This document shows positions 39,736 through 52,718 of a stretch of DNA of 64,000 bases, piece after piece. The translations under genes and the position numbers were made by a program. Numbering within the stretch: the stretch's first letter is position 1; the number at the start of each line of letters is the position of its first letter. Source of the stretch: Lama guanicoe (lineage: Eukaryota); NCBI GenBank assembly GCA_013239625.1, contig MU054001.1:4380167-4444166 (forward strand), written 5' to 3'. The notes under the pieces were generated by a model, which had not been told where the DNA came from, did not search any database, and was given only the letters and a program-made list of their open reading frames with translations.

Positions 39736-41640
39736 GAGGGAGACAACAAAACTTATGAATAGCACCAGGCAGATGGCCTAGCATGGTACCGGTTAAATAA
39801 ATTTGTTAAATGAAAAAATGACAGGCTGAAAACATCAGGAGGGAAGAAGCTCCCAGAAAGATGAGATCCTGAAGGTTAATATTCCAGAGTAATGTTTTCT
39901 TAAAACCTTTGAGGGCAGTTTAATTTCCACAGGCCTGCACAGTGTTAGCACATATAGTATTTTACGTTTCAATTTTAAAAAGATCAGTCAGTATTAGCCT
40001 TATTCCCTCCATGGCAACAATCAACCGCATCCAAGTAACAGTCCCCTCCTTTAGTTCAGGCATTCAGTTTGCCGTACTTCTCTCCTCGCTTTCTTTGAGC
40101 TAGCCACTGGCTTTTGAGTTTGTAACTCCTCTTACGGACACAATTGCTATTTAAAACTCTTGTCAGATTTGAGGTTATTAAATACTGAAATATAAAGAGC
40201 CAACCCTTAGGCTAATAGTTACATTCTCACCTAATTTAGAAAATTATATTAACTACAGAGTTTTGGGCCTATTTCAAATTACATTTAATTCTGTATTTTA
40301 TTAAGATCTCAACTAGCTGAAATCAGCTTATATTTTTTCCAATCAGAAGTTAGATTCATATCCCAAGATACACCTTTTTCAATCTTCTTGTCAGCCTCCT
40401 TCACTCTTCCCCTAAAGATGAGTACCAAGCACAGCCTTAAGATCAGATTTTTATAAATGAACACACAGGAGAGTTTCCTATTCGTCATAAAAATCCCTCT
40501 ATTAACATGAAATTCCATCACCAACGTCCCCGGCTTCTGATCCTTTTATATCTCCACCTCAGTGGATAAAGTCAGGGAGACTACATGCTACATAACTCTC
40601 TGGCTGTCTAAATTGCCATTTAGACTGCCAACAAAAGCCTTATTATTAGATTTTTCTTCTGTATAATTTTAAAGGCTGTAAATAAAGCTACCGGCATTAG
40701 TATATCTAATTATAGTTTAAAAGCACAAGTGGGGCTAAGATTTGTGAAAAGTACCTCATTGTTACTTAAAGGCTGAACTGGGGGGGGAAACTTCACTGAA
40801 AAATTGAAGAATGACTGCTTCTCTAATAAAAAAGCCCAAGTATGAAATGAAGGCACAAGTTGGTAGAAAGAGGTAGAATTTGAGAAACATGCTATCAGCT
40901 TTCATCAACGGATGTTTCAAGAAATAACATTATGAAATCTATTATTGCTTTTGGTACAAGGATATTCTTGGACAGTGTCCAATGGGAGACCTCTCAGTGT
41001 TTCCTACATTGAACTTCAGGCAGGAATCTTTTTTAGAGATAAATGCTGAGAAGGAAAAGCTTTGCTAGCTTAAGGAACTTAACATGTGTTCTCCTCACAA
41101 TGAAGACCATGGAACTGGCTGTGACTTCAGAGACTAATTTACAACTCAATCCTGGCAATTCTGCTGGCCTACATGGCCTATGATACCAGTGACTTGGTTT
41201 CCTTCCTGGTTTTGACCTCCTACTCTGTTTTTTCCTAGTCTTGGCTGTTTATTACATTTATATTTGCTATTTTATCATATATGTTTCCTACAAAGTTGTC
41301 TCAGCAATGACACTAAATGAACAAAACTGAGTAAAGACAATGTTTACACTGAAACATGTAAAAATGAGTACGTAAAAACAGTACACAAGTTCAGAAATGA
41401 ATGAGAAGTAACATAACTGGAATAATATTTCTTAGGCCTTTTTCTCTGCAAAGATACTTAATCCACAACAGCCAGCCAAAGCTTTTAAGCAAATTAATAT
41501 AAGGCATAGTTTTAATAGCATGATTAATATAACTCCTAGCAGTAACAGGTAGCATTTGAGTAATACTTTACAATGAACAAAGAACTGTTATATCCATTAT
41601 CTCATTTAATCTGTTAAAGATTTTAAATCAAAACTTCTAC

Positions 41641-41714
41641 CTTTTGCGTCTCGGGATCTATTAACCAGTTCCAGGCACCAGTAGCTGTACAGACAGATAC
41701 CACTATAAGAAGCA
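41641..41714 (-). CDS. CNEP1R1: CNEP1R1 exon 3 (74 nt), first hydrophobic segment
   Basis: atcag|TG CTT...AAG|gtagaa; [25 protein letters not shown]. Confidence 0.96.
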
Positions 41715-43722
41715 CTGATGAAAGATAAACACGAAATTAGTAAGGAAATAAGCTATTAATATGATACTACTATCAGTTCCTAATAAATGACAGCCAAAGG
41801 ATGCAGCACTCTGTTAAACGGAAAATGTACTGGACTCAGGAATTAGGAGAACTGCCATATGACCTTGAGGAATTCTCTAGAACAATGTGAGCCTTAGTAA
41901 CTGAGGAGGATACTGTTCCCCAATTACTGGAGTCAGAATTTCTGAAGATTAATAAAATTAAAAGCAGAAGAACCAAGATGGTAAAACTAATGTAAGACTT
42001 TATTATGTAACTTTCAATGTGCTTTATGCTGATTTTGCAGATTTTGTTAATTAAAAAACACAAACGACCAACAAAACCTCATTTTAATGTAATCAAACCA
42101 AACAAATACTCCTTTATAAATGCACTGAGAATTCCGACTAAAGGATTTTGCCATGCAGACAACTGCCTGTTGTTGAATTAAACAAAGGTCAGTGTTAGAA
42201 AGTGTGGGACACCCCAGCAGTATCAGATTTTCTTTAAGGGACCTAAGGAAGGTTGGGTTAGAAATGACTGATAGTAGGACTTAGAAAAAGTCTCTTTCTC
42301 CCCTTAAGCTAGAATTATTTTAGAAACTCTAAATAGATCATAAGTAAAACTCAAGAACAAAAGGTATTACTAAAAAAATAATAAAAGAGCACCAAGACCT
42401 AGCTAATAATCTGGAGACCAAGAAAGTTACTGTCTTTCAGTTGGGATGCATACATTTTTTAAATGTTGAGATCAAGCTTCAAAAAGTAACAGAAATATTC
42501 AAAAAAAAAAAAAGTAATAGAAATATTGCTCTTAATTATCTAGAACTCCCGGTGATGTACTTTTAAAAGAGGCAAATCATAAAAAAGTCTCATTTTAGGT
42601 ACTTAATAATAAAGTCAAAATTTCAAAATTGTGTTCTCAGCTCAAAATAGATTAAACTCAATTTCTTATAATTCTCCACTTCCAGTAAGAAATATACTAA
42701 AGCACACTGTTTTTGTTTTTTATTAAATGAAGCAAAAGCAAACCCAGTAGAAGGATGTCATACGCGTACTTTGGTACATTAAACAAGCTGTCATTCATAC
42801 GTAAGCACTGAGACTGTGAATCAGAGGAAAAGTATGTTTATTACATCTACAAGCAGAGCAGCATTATATATATATGCTTTTAAAAGACTCAAGTAACAGT
42901 GAAACAAGGTTTTGAAGGTTATTCCTAGGTAACCTGGAGAACCTAAGAAAAATCATTACTTGTGAATTCCAACCAATCAGAATTTCTCTAACATATGATT
43001 AAAACTTCACAAATTGATTTAGTTAAATCATACAGAAAATCTTGACACAGAAAAAGACCCCTCACTTCAATAACGCTCTTGTGGTCCCACAAACCGAATT
43101 ATACTTCGAAATAAAGTATCTCCTCAATGTGTGCTGCTGTACTCCCTTCTTGGCAGAAATTAAATTTCAACAATAAACATCCAAGAAATTAAGACTGTCC
43201 CAACATAAGTTAGCAAAGTATTTTGCTTGCTGATGTCATCACCTACATGCTTGTCTGCACTTCTCATACATTTCCATGGGGCAGTAAGCACACAATTCTT
43301 TCAAATCATATTTTGCAGTATTCACTGAACACGATTTTCCTTAAAGTTTATTTCAATAGTTTGTAGGCAAATTGTAAAACTGCTAAACAGGCAACTGAAG
43401 CTTTTATTATGTGTGCTGGTTATCAGATCTGTAAATTTGTTTAATTTTAAAAAGTTTATGTCTTTAATAGAAAAATAAAAATTCAACCACATAAAACAGA
43501 CTGCTTTTTTTGGGGGTAGTCAGTTTTCTTCCTTAAAATTTCTTTATAACATATTATTTACAACATTAAATAAATTAAAAAACTGTCAAAACAAAAGGAA
43601 ATCTTACTGTTTACTAGAGCACTTGTTAATCTAAAGTTTTACACAAAATAAACTATTGCTAGGCAGGAATAAAAGTATCAATTGTCAGTTTATTTTCCCT
43701 TAAAAAACATTCAGGCACTTAC

Positions 43723-43794
43723 TTCTCCAACGTCCAGTGGCAGGTTGCAAACAATGAATATATTCAGTAAGTCTCCTCTCGAAAGCCTTGAGAT
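43723..43794 (-). CDS. CNEP1R1: CNEP1R1 exon 2 (72 nt)
   Basis: cttag|AT CTC AAG...AGAA|gtaagt; [24 protein letters not shown]. Confidence 0.96.
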
Positions 43795-44329
43795 CTAAGC
43801 AAAGAAAAACAAACAAACAAACAAACAAAAAAACAACTCAGTTTTCTAATTAGCTACTCCTACTAGTTTGAGTCGATTAAGATGAAATTTTAGATACTCT
43901 GCTTCAGGTCTTACATACCAGCTTACATTATCACTGCACTGTTTATTTCGTTTACTATGACAACTTCAACATTTGACAAAAAACATTAAGTTTCTTTAAT
44001 TCCAATTTCACATGTAAGGAAATTGGCTGGTTCACTTCTAGAAGCTGCGTAAAATGGTATGTGGAAAATCAGCAGCAACCTCACTCGGCGCCAAAAGCTA
44101 GAAATTTGGGGGTTGCAAATAAAAGAATCAAAATCAGGTCGAGTGTTAACTCTGTTGGAACCAAGAACTTCCTATTAGACATAACAACGTACTACCTAAC
44201 ATCAGTCTTCGAAGTCTATTTGAATGCAATTATCCGATTCCGACTTTCAGCCCTTATATTTATAAATAACAGCTACGCTTTCTGTCCGGTCATGCTGGAC
44301 TTCTGACATAGCTAACGGGTGGGTATGGA

Positions 44330-45270
44330 AAGACGCTCCGCTTTCCTCCCTCCAAAAAGGCTACAGGTGATCTTCATGGCACTATCAGAGCGCCGACGCC
44401 GTGTTCCACAAGACAGGGGCGTCCAAGGTGCTCCCTCTGAACGAGCAAGGTGGGGGTATCATTTCCACAGACGCCTTTTGTAAACTTTAAAAAAGAAATC
44501 AAGAGGCACTCCCTTAACCTGGCAGTTATCAGAAACCACGGCAGGAATTACGGATACAACTCGTGAGCTTATCAAAAAAATACAAAGTGAATTAGCATCC
44601 TACAAGGCACGAAGCGCAAATATTTGCTAAACGAGTGAAAAATAAAACTAGCCCGAGCGAGGAGCACCCGGGCGAGGAGCACCCGGGTGTAAGCTGGGGG
44701 AAGGCGGAGAGCAGACTCAGCGCCCCCCAGTGCCGGTGGAGGCCACGCGCGCCGGAACCCGCGCCCGGCCGGTCCGGCCGCCCACAGGCTCCTGGGCCGG
44801 GCCCCTGCACTCCTCAGCTCCGGACCCCGTCAGTCCATTCGCAGCCGGCCTCCTCTCTCTGGGACTGGCTTTCCACGACCCCGGCCCCTCTGGAGCCCAG
44901 CCGGCTTCCGGGAGGAGCCCGGGACGGGCCTAAGCGGCCCAGGACCCTACCTTCCGCCTGCTCCAGCGAGTTCATGTCGGGCGGCAGCTCCGGTCACTGC
45001 CGCGGCCCCGTCCGCATCTCAGCAGGGCGGCCCCCGCCCGGTACTCAGCGCCAACTCCCACCTCTAACAGCTCCCCTCTGCCCCTCCTCGTCGCACCGCC
45101 CTTTGCCTAGACCCTCTAGGCTCATTGGACATTGGTGCCACACCCCACAACTAAGATGATTTTCCATTGGCTAGCTCCTGCACGGGCCTCGGGGCCTAGC
45201 GTTATACGGTCAGCCAGAGGGACCAAGAACTGCCGGAGGCCGAGCTGGCGTAACACTGGCGCCGCCTCCT
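44330..45270. promoter_or_regulatory. CpG island and promoter of CNEP1R1
   Basis: High CpG density around exon 1; three minus-strand CCAAT boxes (45124, 45131, 45166); GCCACACCC KLF/SP motif at 45137-45145. Confidence 0.88.
44951..44975 (-). CDS. CNEP1R1: CTD nuclear envelope phosphatase 1 regulatory subunit 1 (TMEM188), coding exon 1
   Basis: ATGAACTCGCTGGAGCAGGCGGAAG|gtaggg; MNSLEQAE, inside a CpG island. Confidence 0.95.
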
Positions 45271-45710
45271 GTCTTGGGGAGGAACTGCAGCCTGCCTGAG
45301 CAAGTTCTTTCAGTAGTGTGTCCCTAGTTTCCTGCTTGGTTCTTTCAATACTTAAATAGTTATTGAGCGCCCACTACCTTCTAGGGAGTGTTCTGGTCAC
45401 TAAAAGAGACACAGAATTCAACTAGCTGGTCCTCCCTTTAGGACTCAGGGAAATAAGGTATGTAAAGAACTAATTAGAATCCAAATAATGGCATTTCTTA
45501 CAGTGTTTCTTTCCTAGATACCTACCCCCTTAAGTACACATTTCTCCCTTGATTATTTTTTCTCACACCACCCAATTTTCATAAACGATAAAACAAACAA
45601 ATTCTATAACTTAAAAAAAATCTGTGAGGCATTGACTGCATTTATATTTGATTAAAATGCTTTCTTGCTCATTTCCTTGTGCTTATACATTCATTCAAGA
45701 ACTATTCAAT

Positions 45711-45833
45711 GGGCAGGGGGCATAGCTCAGTGGTAGAGTGCATGCCTAGCATGCACGAGGTCCTGGGTTCAATCTCAATACCTCCATCAAGAATAAATAA
45801 ATCTAATTACCTCCCTCCCCCCCCCCAAAAAAA
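45711..45833 (+). mobile_element. tRNA-Ala-derived SINE
   Basis: catagctcagtggtagagtgcatgcctagcatgcacgaggtcctgggttcaatc plus ctaattacc tail. Confidence 0.88.
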
Positions 45834-47349
45834 CGTATTTATTGCATGACATGTCAGTCACTGTATTTATTAGGGTTACCGCAGGTGATAAACATGGTCC
45901 TATGAAGGAAGCGACAGGGTAATAGGACACAGTGAGATAAAGGAGGAGTAACAGGAACTAGTGCTCAGAAAGATCTACATGGTGCAGGGCATTTGAGTTG
46001 AGAACCCCAAGAAGCAACTAGCCATGCAAATATGAGCCCTAAGAAGGTTCCAAGTAGCAAGCCATCCTCTGGGCCAAACCCTTTATATGTGTTGTCTCAT
46101 TTAGCCCTCCAAGGCAATACTTCTTTAAACTGTGGGTCAACATCCCTGAGAGGGCCATGAAATCCATTTAACGAGCCATGACTGTTAGTTTTTTAATATG
46201 AACTAAAGTAAAATGAAAAATATTAGCATCACTAGAAGTTAAACTAAGTGTTCATGATCTTTGGCTGCATATGTGTGGCATGCATGCTGCGTTCTGATAG
46301 TAATGTAAAGCATAAACTTAACTGAGGGTTCCAAAAAAAAAACAGCTTGAAATTTTGAAAGCCACCAATGTAGGTACTAATAGGCTCAGTTTACAATGAG
46401 ACAAGTAAGAATGAGTTTGCTCAGATCCTGTGATTATTGTCATAGCCTGGATAACGGAATTTAAGCCCTAAGTCAAACTATCCCTTGACTTCTTGCTCAG
46501 TGTTCCATTTCTCCATCAAGTGTGATTCATCACCACCCAACAGTGCTTAGGGAATGGCTAGTGAACATCTGTTACATGACAGTATCTCAGGGGCTAGCTC
46601 CTGGAGAGGTGAGGAAGGAGACAGCTGATGAATAGGACATTGCAAAGCACTGTGATAAGTGAGAGCTTTGCTAACTTGCCTCCAGAGGAGACAATTTTGT
46701 TAACTGCAGGGTTTCTGTGTGCCTGATGGGATGTGCAAGTTTCTAGCAAGAGCTTGGGACAACAGAGGGAAGCCTAAGGACTACCTCCTGGGGTTCTCCG
46801 TCTCTAGCTTTCATTTTTATCTGTGCTTTAAAAAAAAATGTTGAACATGCCTTTGAAAGGTGCACAGTATTAACCTGTCATTGACATCTACATGGATGGG
46901 TCATATGGGCTTGGGTGACAGCAAGGGAGGAAGAGAGGGAAATAGGGCTGCAGAGTCAAGTTAAAAAGTTTAGAACCTGAGGTGATGGGGAGATCAAACG
47001 ATATACACTTGTAGAAACATCATGTCAATGAGATTTGTCAAGCAGATAGTGGACAAATATTTAAGGAATGCATGCTGCAGGCACTAGGATATGACCTGAG
47101 AATGCAAAGGTCTCTATGAATCACTCCTGCCTTCTGTGAGGATAGAGTTATAAAAAGAAAAGAGAAAACGCTAAAGACTCTTAAAATATCAGTGATAAGA
47201 TGAAGAGCTGCTTCAAAGAGGGATACCCAATACAATAGATAAAATTTGTTATGTTTTACTGGAGGTCTGGCGCTACACCTTTTTTATAGTTCAGGGGCAT
47301 TATACCTCCTTTTAACCCCACAACAAATTAAAGCATACATTGTTGGCTA

Positions 47350-47470
47350 CGAGGGGGCAGTAATTAGGTTTCTTCATTGATTTCCTCTTGGAGGAGGTAC
47401 TGGGGAATGAACCCTTGACCTCTTGGGTGCTGGGCATACGCTCTACCATTTGAGCTATACCCTTACCCCC
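47350..47470 (-). mobile_element. tRNA-Ala-derived SINE
   Basis: Reverse-complement tRNA head and cctaattac tail. Confidence 0.85.
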
Positions 47471-48109
47471 AAATCCCACAACAGTTCTGTGAGCCAAAGT
47501 GTGTTTCAAATGCATTTCAGAGTTGGCTTTATAAGTAAGTAGATGAGTTGATCAGCTCCAAACCCTATATCTGGAATTACCATTGATTCCCTCTCTTTCC
47601 GCATGGCACCTCAGATCAGGTAGCAATCCTGTTGGCTCTATCATCACATCTATTTAAAATTTAATCACTTCTCACCACCTCCACAGCTCCCACTCTGACC
47701 CAAGCTGCCATATAGCCTGGATTTACAGCAAGGACCTCTAACTAGTCTCCTGCTCTCTCCCACCCATGTCCCAAACAGTGGTTTGTAAAACACTGAATCA
47801 CTGTAGTCTTGCCTTCAGAAACTTCCAATGGCCCCTCAAAGTGGAACAACAGGAAACTCCATACCATTTCCATGGCAATACCTTCTAAGATAATTATGAG
47901 GAACTACATGCCTCCTCACAGGTTTTTTTTAAAATTACACCTGATATTTTCAACATGGGCTTAAATCCTTGTAAAAGATGTAATTTCTGGTGTATTGTAG
48001 ATATTGATGTTTGGAAATAAACTTTTATATCAATCTTTTAAAAGTATTCAATGGAATCTAAATACCATGGCAATTTGACAACCACCATCATCCCTTTAAA
48101 AATACATGA

Positions 48110-50258
48110 ATATCTCTTATGAGTATGGACACAAAACCTTTAAAAATTATTAGGTCAAATCCAGCAATGCAGAAAAAGGATTATACAGTTGAAGTGTGAT
48201 TTACCCCACAAATGCAAAGTTGGTTGGACATTAGAAACTGAGTTAGTTAATCATATTAATAGAATAAAGGGAAAAAAAAGACCCACATGATTTGATGAGG
48301 ATGTAGAGAAACTAGAGCATTCATGCATTGTTAGTAGGAATATAAAATGGTACAGCTACTTTGGAAAACAGTTTGGCAGTTCCTCAAAAAGTTAAGCATA
48401 TAGTTACTATATGAATCAGCAATTCTACTCCTAAGAGAATTGAAATATACCCAAGAGAATTGAAAACATATGTTCACGAAAAACCTGGTACATGAATGTG
48501 CATGGTAGCATTATTCGTAATAGCCAGAGTGGAAACAACCCAAATGCCCATCAACTAACGAATGGATAAAGAAAATGTGATATTTCTATATAGTGGAATA
48601 TTATTCAAATAAAAAGAAAAAAAGTGCTGACAAATGCTACAAAATGCACATCCATAGATATAGAAAGTAGATAGTAGTTGCCAAGAGTTTAGGGAAAGGA
48701 AAAATGGGGCATATGAGATTTCTTTTTAGGGTGATGAAAGTGTTCTGGAATTAGATAGTGTTGATTGCATAACTTTGAAAATATTCTAAAAACCACTGAG
48801 TTGTACACTTTAAAAGTGAATTTTATGGTATGTGAACTATATCTCAATTTTAAAAGTGTGGGAAACCCTACATGATCATCTCAATAGTTGCAGAAGAAGC
48901 ATTTGACAAAATCCAGTATCTTTCCATGATCAAAACACACAACAAACTAACAATAAAAGGAAATTTCCTCAGTGTTGATAAAGAACATTTACAAAACCCA
49001 CAGCTAACTTCATACTTAATGGTGAATGTTTTCCGCCTAAGAACAAGAAGTAGACACAGATGTCCAACATTGTAATGGAGGTTCTCTCAGGCAAGTAGGC
49101 AATAAAATGAGATCAAAGGAATCCAGATTGGAATGGAAGAAGTAGAAGTAGAAGACATGATCTTATATATAGACAATCCAAAGGAATTCACCTGTAAACT
49201 ATTAGAACAAATGGGTTTAGCAAGGTTGAGGGGTATAAGATCAATATACAAAAGTGAATTATGTTTCTCTGCACTAGCAATGAACAATCCAAAAGTGAAA
49301 TTAATGAAATAATTATACTTACAGTAGCATCAAAAATAATAACATATTTAAGAATACATTCAACAAAATAAGGGCAAAACTTGTACTGTGAAAACTATAA
49401 AATATTATTGGAAGAAATTAATAAAGACCTAAAAAATTGAAAAGGCATCCCATATTCATGGATTAGAAGACACTATTGTTAAGATGGCAATATTACCCCA
49501 AATGATCTACAGAGTCAATGCAATACCTATTAAAATCTCAACTGGCTTCTTTGCAGAAATTGACAAATTGATCCTAAATTTCATGTGGAAATGCAAGGGA
49601 CCGAAATAGCCAAAACAATTTCGGAAAAAGAAATAAGTTTGGAGAACTCACACTTCCACATTTCAAAACTTACTACAAAGACAGTGTGATACTGGCCTAT
49701 GATAGACATATAGATCAGTGGAATAGAATTGGGAATTCAGAAGTAAAGCCTGCATTTAGAGTCAATTGATTTTTGATAAGGATGTCAAGACAATTCAACA
49801 TGGAAAGAATAGTTCTCTGAACAAATGGTGCTGAACCAACTGAATATCTATATGCAAAAGAATGAAATTGTACCTATTCCTTACACCATACCCAAAAATT
49901 AACTCCCAGCGGATCATGTAAGACCAAAACTATAACTCCCTTTGAAGAAAACTTCTGAGTAAGTCTTTGTGACCTTGAGTTAGGCAAAACCCATCTTAGA
50001 TACAGTAACAAAAGCACAAGTGACAAAAGGAAAAATGGATAAATTGGACTTCATCAAAATTAAAAACTTTGTTTCAAAGGACACCACTGAGAAAGTTAAA
50101 AGAAAGACAACCTATAGAATGGGAGAGAATATTTGCAAATCATGTATCTGATAAGGAACTTGTATCCAGAATATATTAAAAACTCTTACAACCCAGCAAT
50201 AAAAAGATAATTCACCTAATTTAAAAATGGACAAAGGATTTGAATAGATAATTCTCCA
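48110..50258 (+). mobile_element. Degenerate L1 ORF2 (reverse transcriptase region) with a nested L1M 3' end at about 48292-48864
   Basis: MIISIVAEEAFDKIQ resembles L1 RT MIISIDAEKAFDKIQ; the nested piece is flanked by acccacatgat/accctacatgat. Confidence 0.85.
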
Positions 50259-51131
50259 TTGGAGGGAGAATATATATATATATATATGTATATTGGTATA
50301 TCTATATCTATATCTAGCTCTATATAGCTCTTAAAGCAAAATTTTATACACTGTTCCTTTTCTCTTTGGACTATTTCCTTTCCCTTTGACCATGGAGTTG
50401 TTTCCTAACATAGTTTTATGCTTGAAAGTTTAAAAAATTGATTATCCTACCATACTTCTCTGTCATAAAGTTATGTATCTAAATTAAATGTTAAATTTAA
50501 ATGTCTTGTGTCCAAGGGGCTCTATTAAAAAAAGGATTCTGGATTGTGTTACATAATAGATTATCATGTGTAAACAGCTGATCAAAGCAGTATAAATATA
50601 TTACAGATACTAAGACATAATAACAAACAGAATAAAGTTTGATCAGAAATGGATTTCTTATATATATACTTTTTTATTGAATGGACATGTATTTCTTAAT
50701 GAGATAAGTATAGTTTTCTAAACATTAGATCATGAACATTACCTAATGTTAGAAAGACAATATCCAATTGCAATTCCTGGGTTTTTTTCAGCTTTATGGA
50801 GGCATAACTGACAAATAAAAATTGTATATATTTACAGTATACAGTGTGATAACTTGATATACATTGTGAAATCATTACCACAGTCAAGCTAATTAACACA
50901 TTTGTGTGTGATGAGAATACTTAAGATCTATACTGTCTCAGAAATTTCAAGTATACAATATAGAGTTACTAACTATAGTCACCATGCTGCACAATAGATT
51001 TCCAGAACTTACATATCTTATAACTAAAAGTTTATACACTTTCACCAATATTACCCCATTTCCCCCATCCCTCAGTCCCTGCCAACCACCATGCTACTCT
51101 CTGCTTCTGTAAGTTCAACTTTTTTATATAA

Positions 51132-51180
51132 ATATAAATGAGATCATACAGTATGCATATAAATGAGATCATACAGTATG
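51132..51180. repeat. Tandem duplication with 25-bp period inside an L1
   Basis: atataaatgagatcatacagtatg x2, separated by one c. Confidence 0.9.
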
Positions 51181-51287
51181 TCTCTTTCTGTGTCTGGCTT
51201 ACTTCACTCAGTATAATAACCTCAAGGTTCATCTATGTTGTCCCAAATGGCAGGATTTCCCTCCTTTTTATGGCTGAATAATATTCT

Positions 51288-51289
<2 letters not shown>

Positions 51290-51316
<27 letters not shown>
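51290..51316. repeat. (TG)n microsatellite
   Basis: About 13 perfect TG units. Confidence 0.95.
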
Positions 51317-51318
<2 letters not shown>

Positions 51319-52334
51319 CTGTGTGTATCGCTCACATTTTCTTTACCCATTCATCCATCAATAGACAGGAAGTTTGTTTCCATTTCTTGGCTATTGTGAA
51401 TATGCTGCAGAGTTGGAGGTGCAGAGAGCTGTTTGATATACTGATTTCATTTCCTTTGGATATATATAAGTGGGGTTGCTAGATCATTTGGTAGTTCTAT
51501 TTTAATTTTTTAAATTAAACCTCCATACTGTTTTCCAAAATGGCTGAAGCAATAGCAGTTCTAATCTTACTTTTCATTATTAATACACGTAAGCACTGAA
51601 AACTCTTTTTCACATCAAGAAGTAGATGGTCATGGAAGGAATTTTATAAAAGCAACGTTTTGAAAGTCCTTTTGAGTCATCTGCCAAAATCATGTTGTAA
51701 CAGATCACCATTTGGGTGGTTACTATTAAAATAAATAAGTGATGTTGAGGATGTGGAGAAACCGGAACACTTGTGCACTTGATAATAGCGGGGATATAAA
51801 TGGTGCCGCTGCTGTGGAAAACAGCAAGGCAGTCCTCAAAAAATTAAAAATAGAACTACCATAGGATCCAGCAATCCCATTTTTGGATAGATACTGAAAA
51901 GTATTGAAAGCAGGGTCTCAAATAGATGTTTGTACATCCCTGCCCCATGGCATTATTATTCACAATAGCCAAAAGGTAGAAGCCACCTAGGTGTCCACGA
52001 TGGAAGAAAGGAGTAGCAAAATACAGTGTTTCTATATGCATGGGATGTTACTCAGCCTTAAAAAGAAAGGAAATCCTGACACATGCTATAATATGGATGA
52101 ACATTGAGGACATTACGCTAAGTGAAAGAAGCCAGTCGCTAAAAGACAAACACTGTATGATTTCACTTATAGGAGGTACCCAGAGGAGTCAGAATCATGG
52201 AGACAAAGTAGAAGTGTGGTTGTCAGAGTGGTCGTTGTCAGAGCCACGCAGTCCCTCCCAGTAAGGGGGAGTTGGCTGGAGAGTTAGTGTTTAATGCAGA
52301 GTTTCAGTTTTACAAGATGAAAAGAGTTCTGGAG

Positions 52335-52484
52335 GGGGGAGGGTGTAGTTCAGTGGTAGAGTGTGTGCTTAGCATGCACGAGATCCTGGGTTCATTCCCC
52401 AGTACCTCCGTTAAAACAAACAAATAAAATAGACCTAATTACCACCCCCCCAAAAAAAGTCCCCAAACAAATAAGATTTTTAAA
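52335..52484 (+). mobile_element. tRNA-Ala-derived SINE nested in an L1M 3' end
   Basis: TSD-like aaagagttctggag / aaggagttctagag. Confidence 0.88.
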
Positions 52485-52578
52485 AAAGGAGTTCTAGAGA
52501 TGGGTGGTGGTAATGGAAGCACAGCAATGTGAATGTGATTAATACCACTGAACTGTATCCTTGAAAATAGTTAGGATG

Positions 52579-52718
52579 AGGGGGCAGGGTGTAGCTCAGT
52601 GGTAAGGCATGTGTTTTAGCATGAAAGAGGGACTGGGGTCAATCCCCAGTACCGCCATATAAATAAATACCTAATTACCACTCTCTCCCCCCAAAAGATA
52701 AATTAAATAAAAATTTTT
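52579..52718 (+). mobile_element. tRNA-Ala-derived SINE nested in the same L1M
   Basis: TSD aaat(a/g)gttaggat. Confidence 0.85.

Larger units (their letters stand above)
50782..51550 (-). mobile_element. L1MA-like 3' end containing (TG)n
   Basis: tactaactatagtcaccatgctg, cttacttcactcagtataat; antisense ORF MNLEVIILSEVSQTQK. Confidence 0.85.

Noticed and set aside
44635..45159. 174-aa plus-strand ORF as an antisense gene
   Set aside because: Pro/Arg/Gly-rich read-through of a CpG island with a GTG start and no recognisable domain
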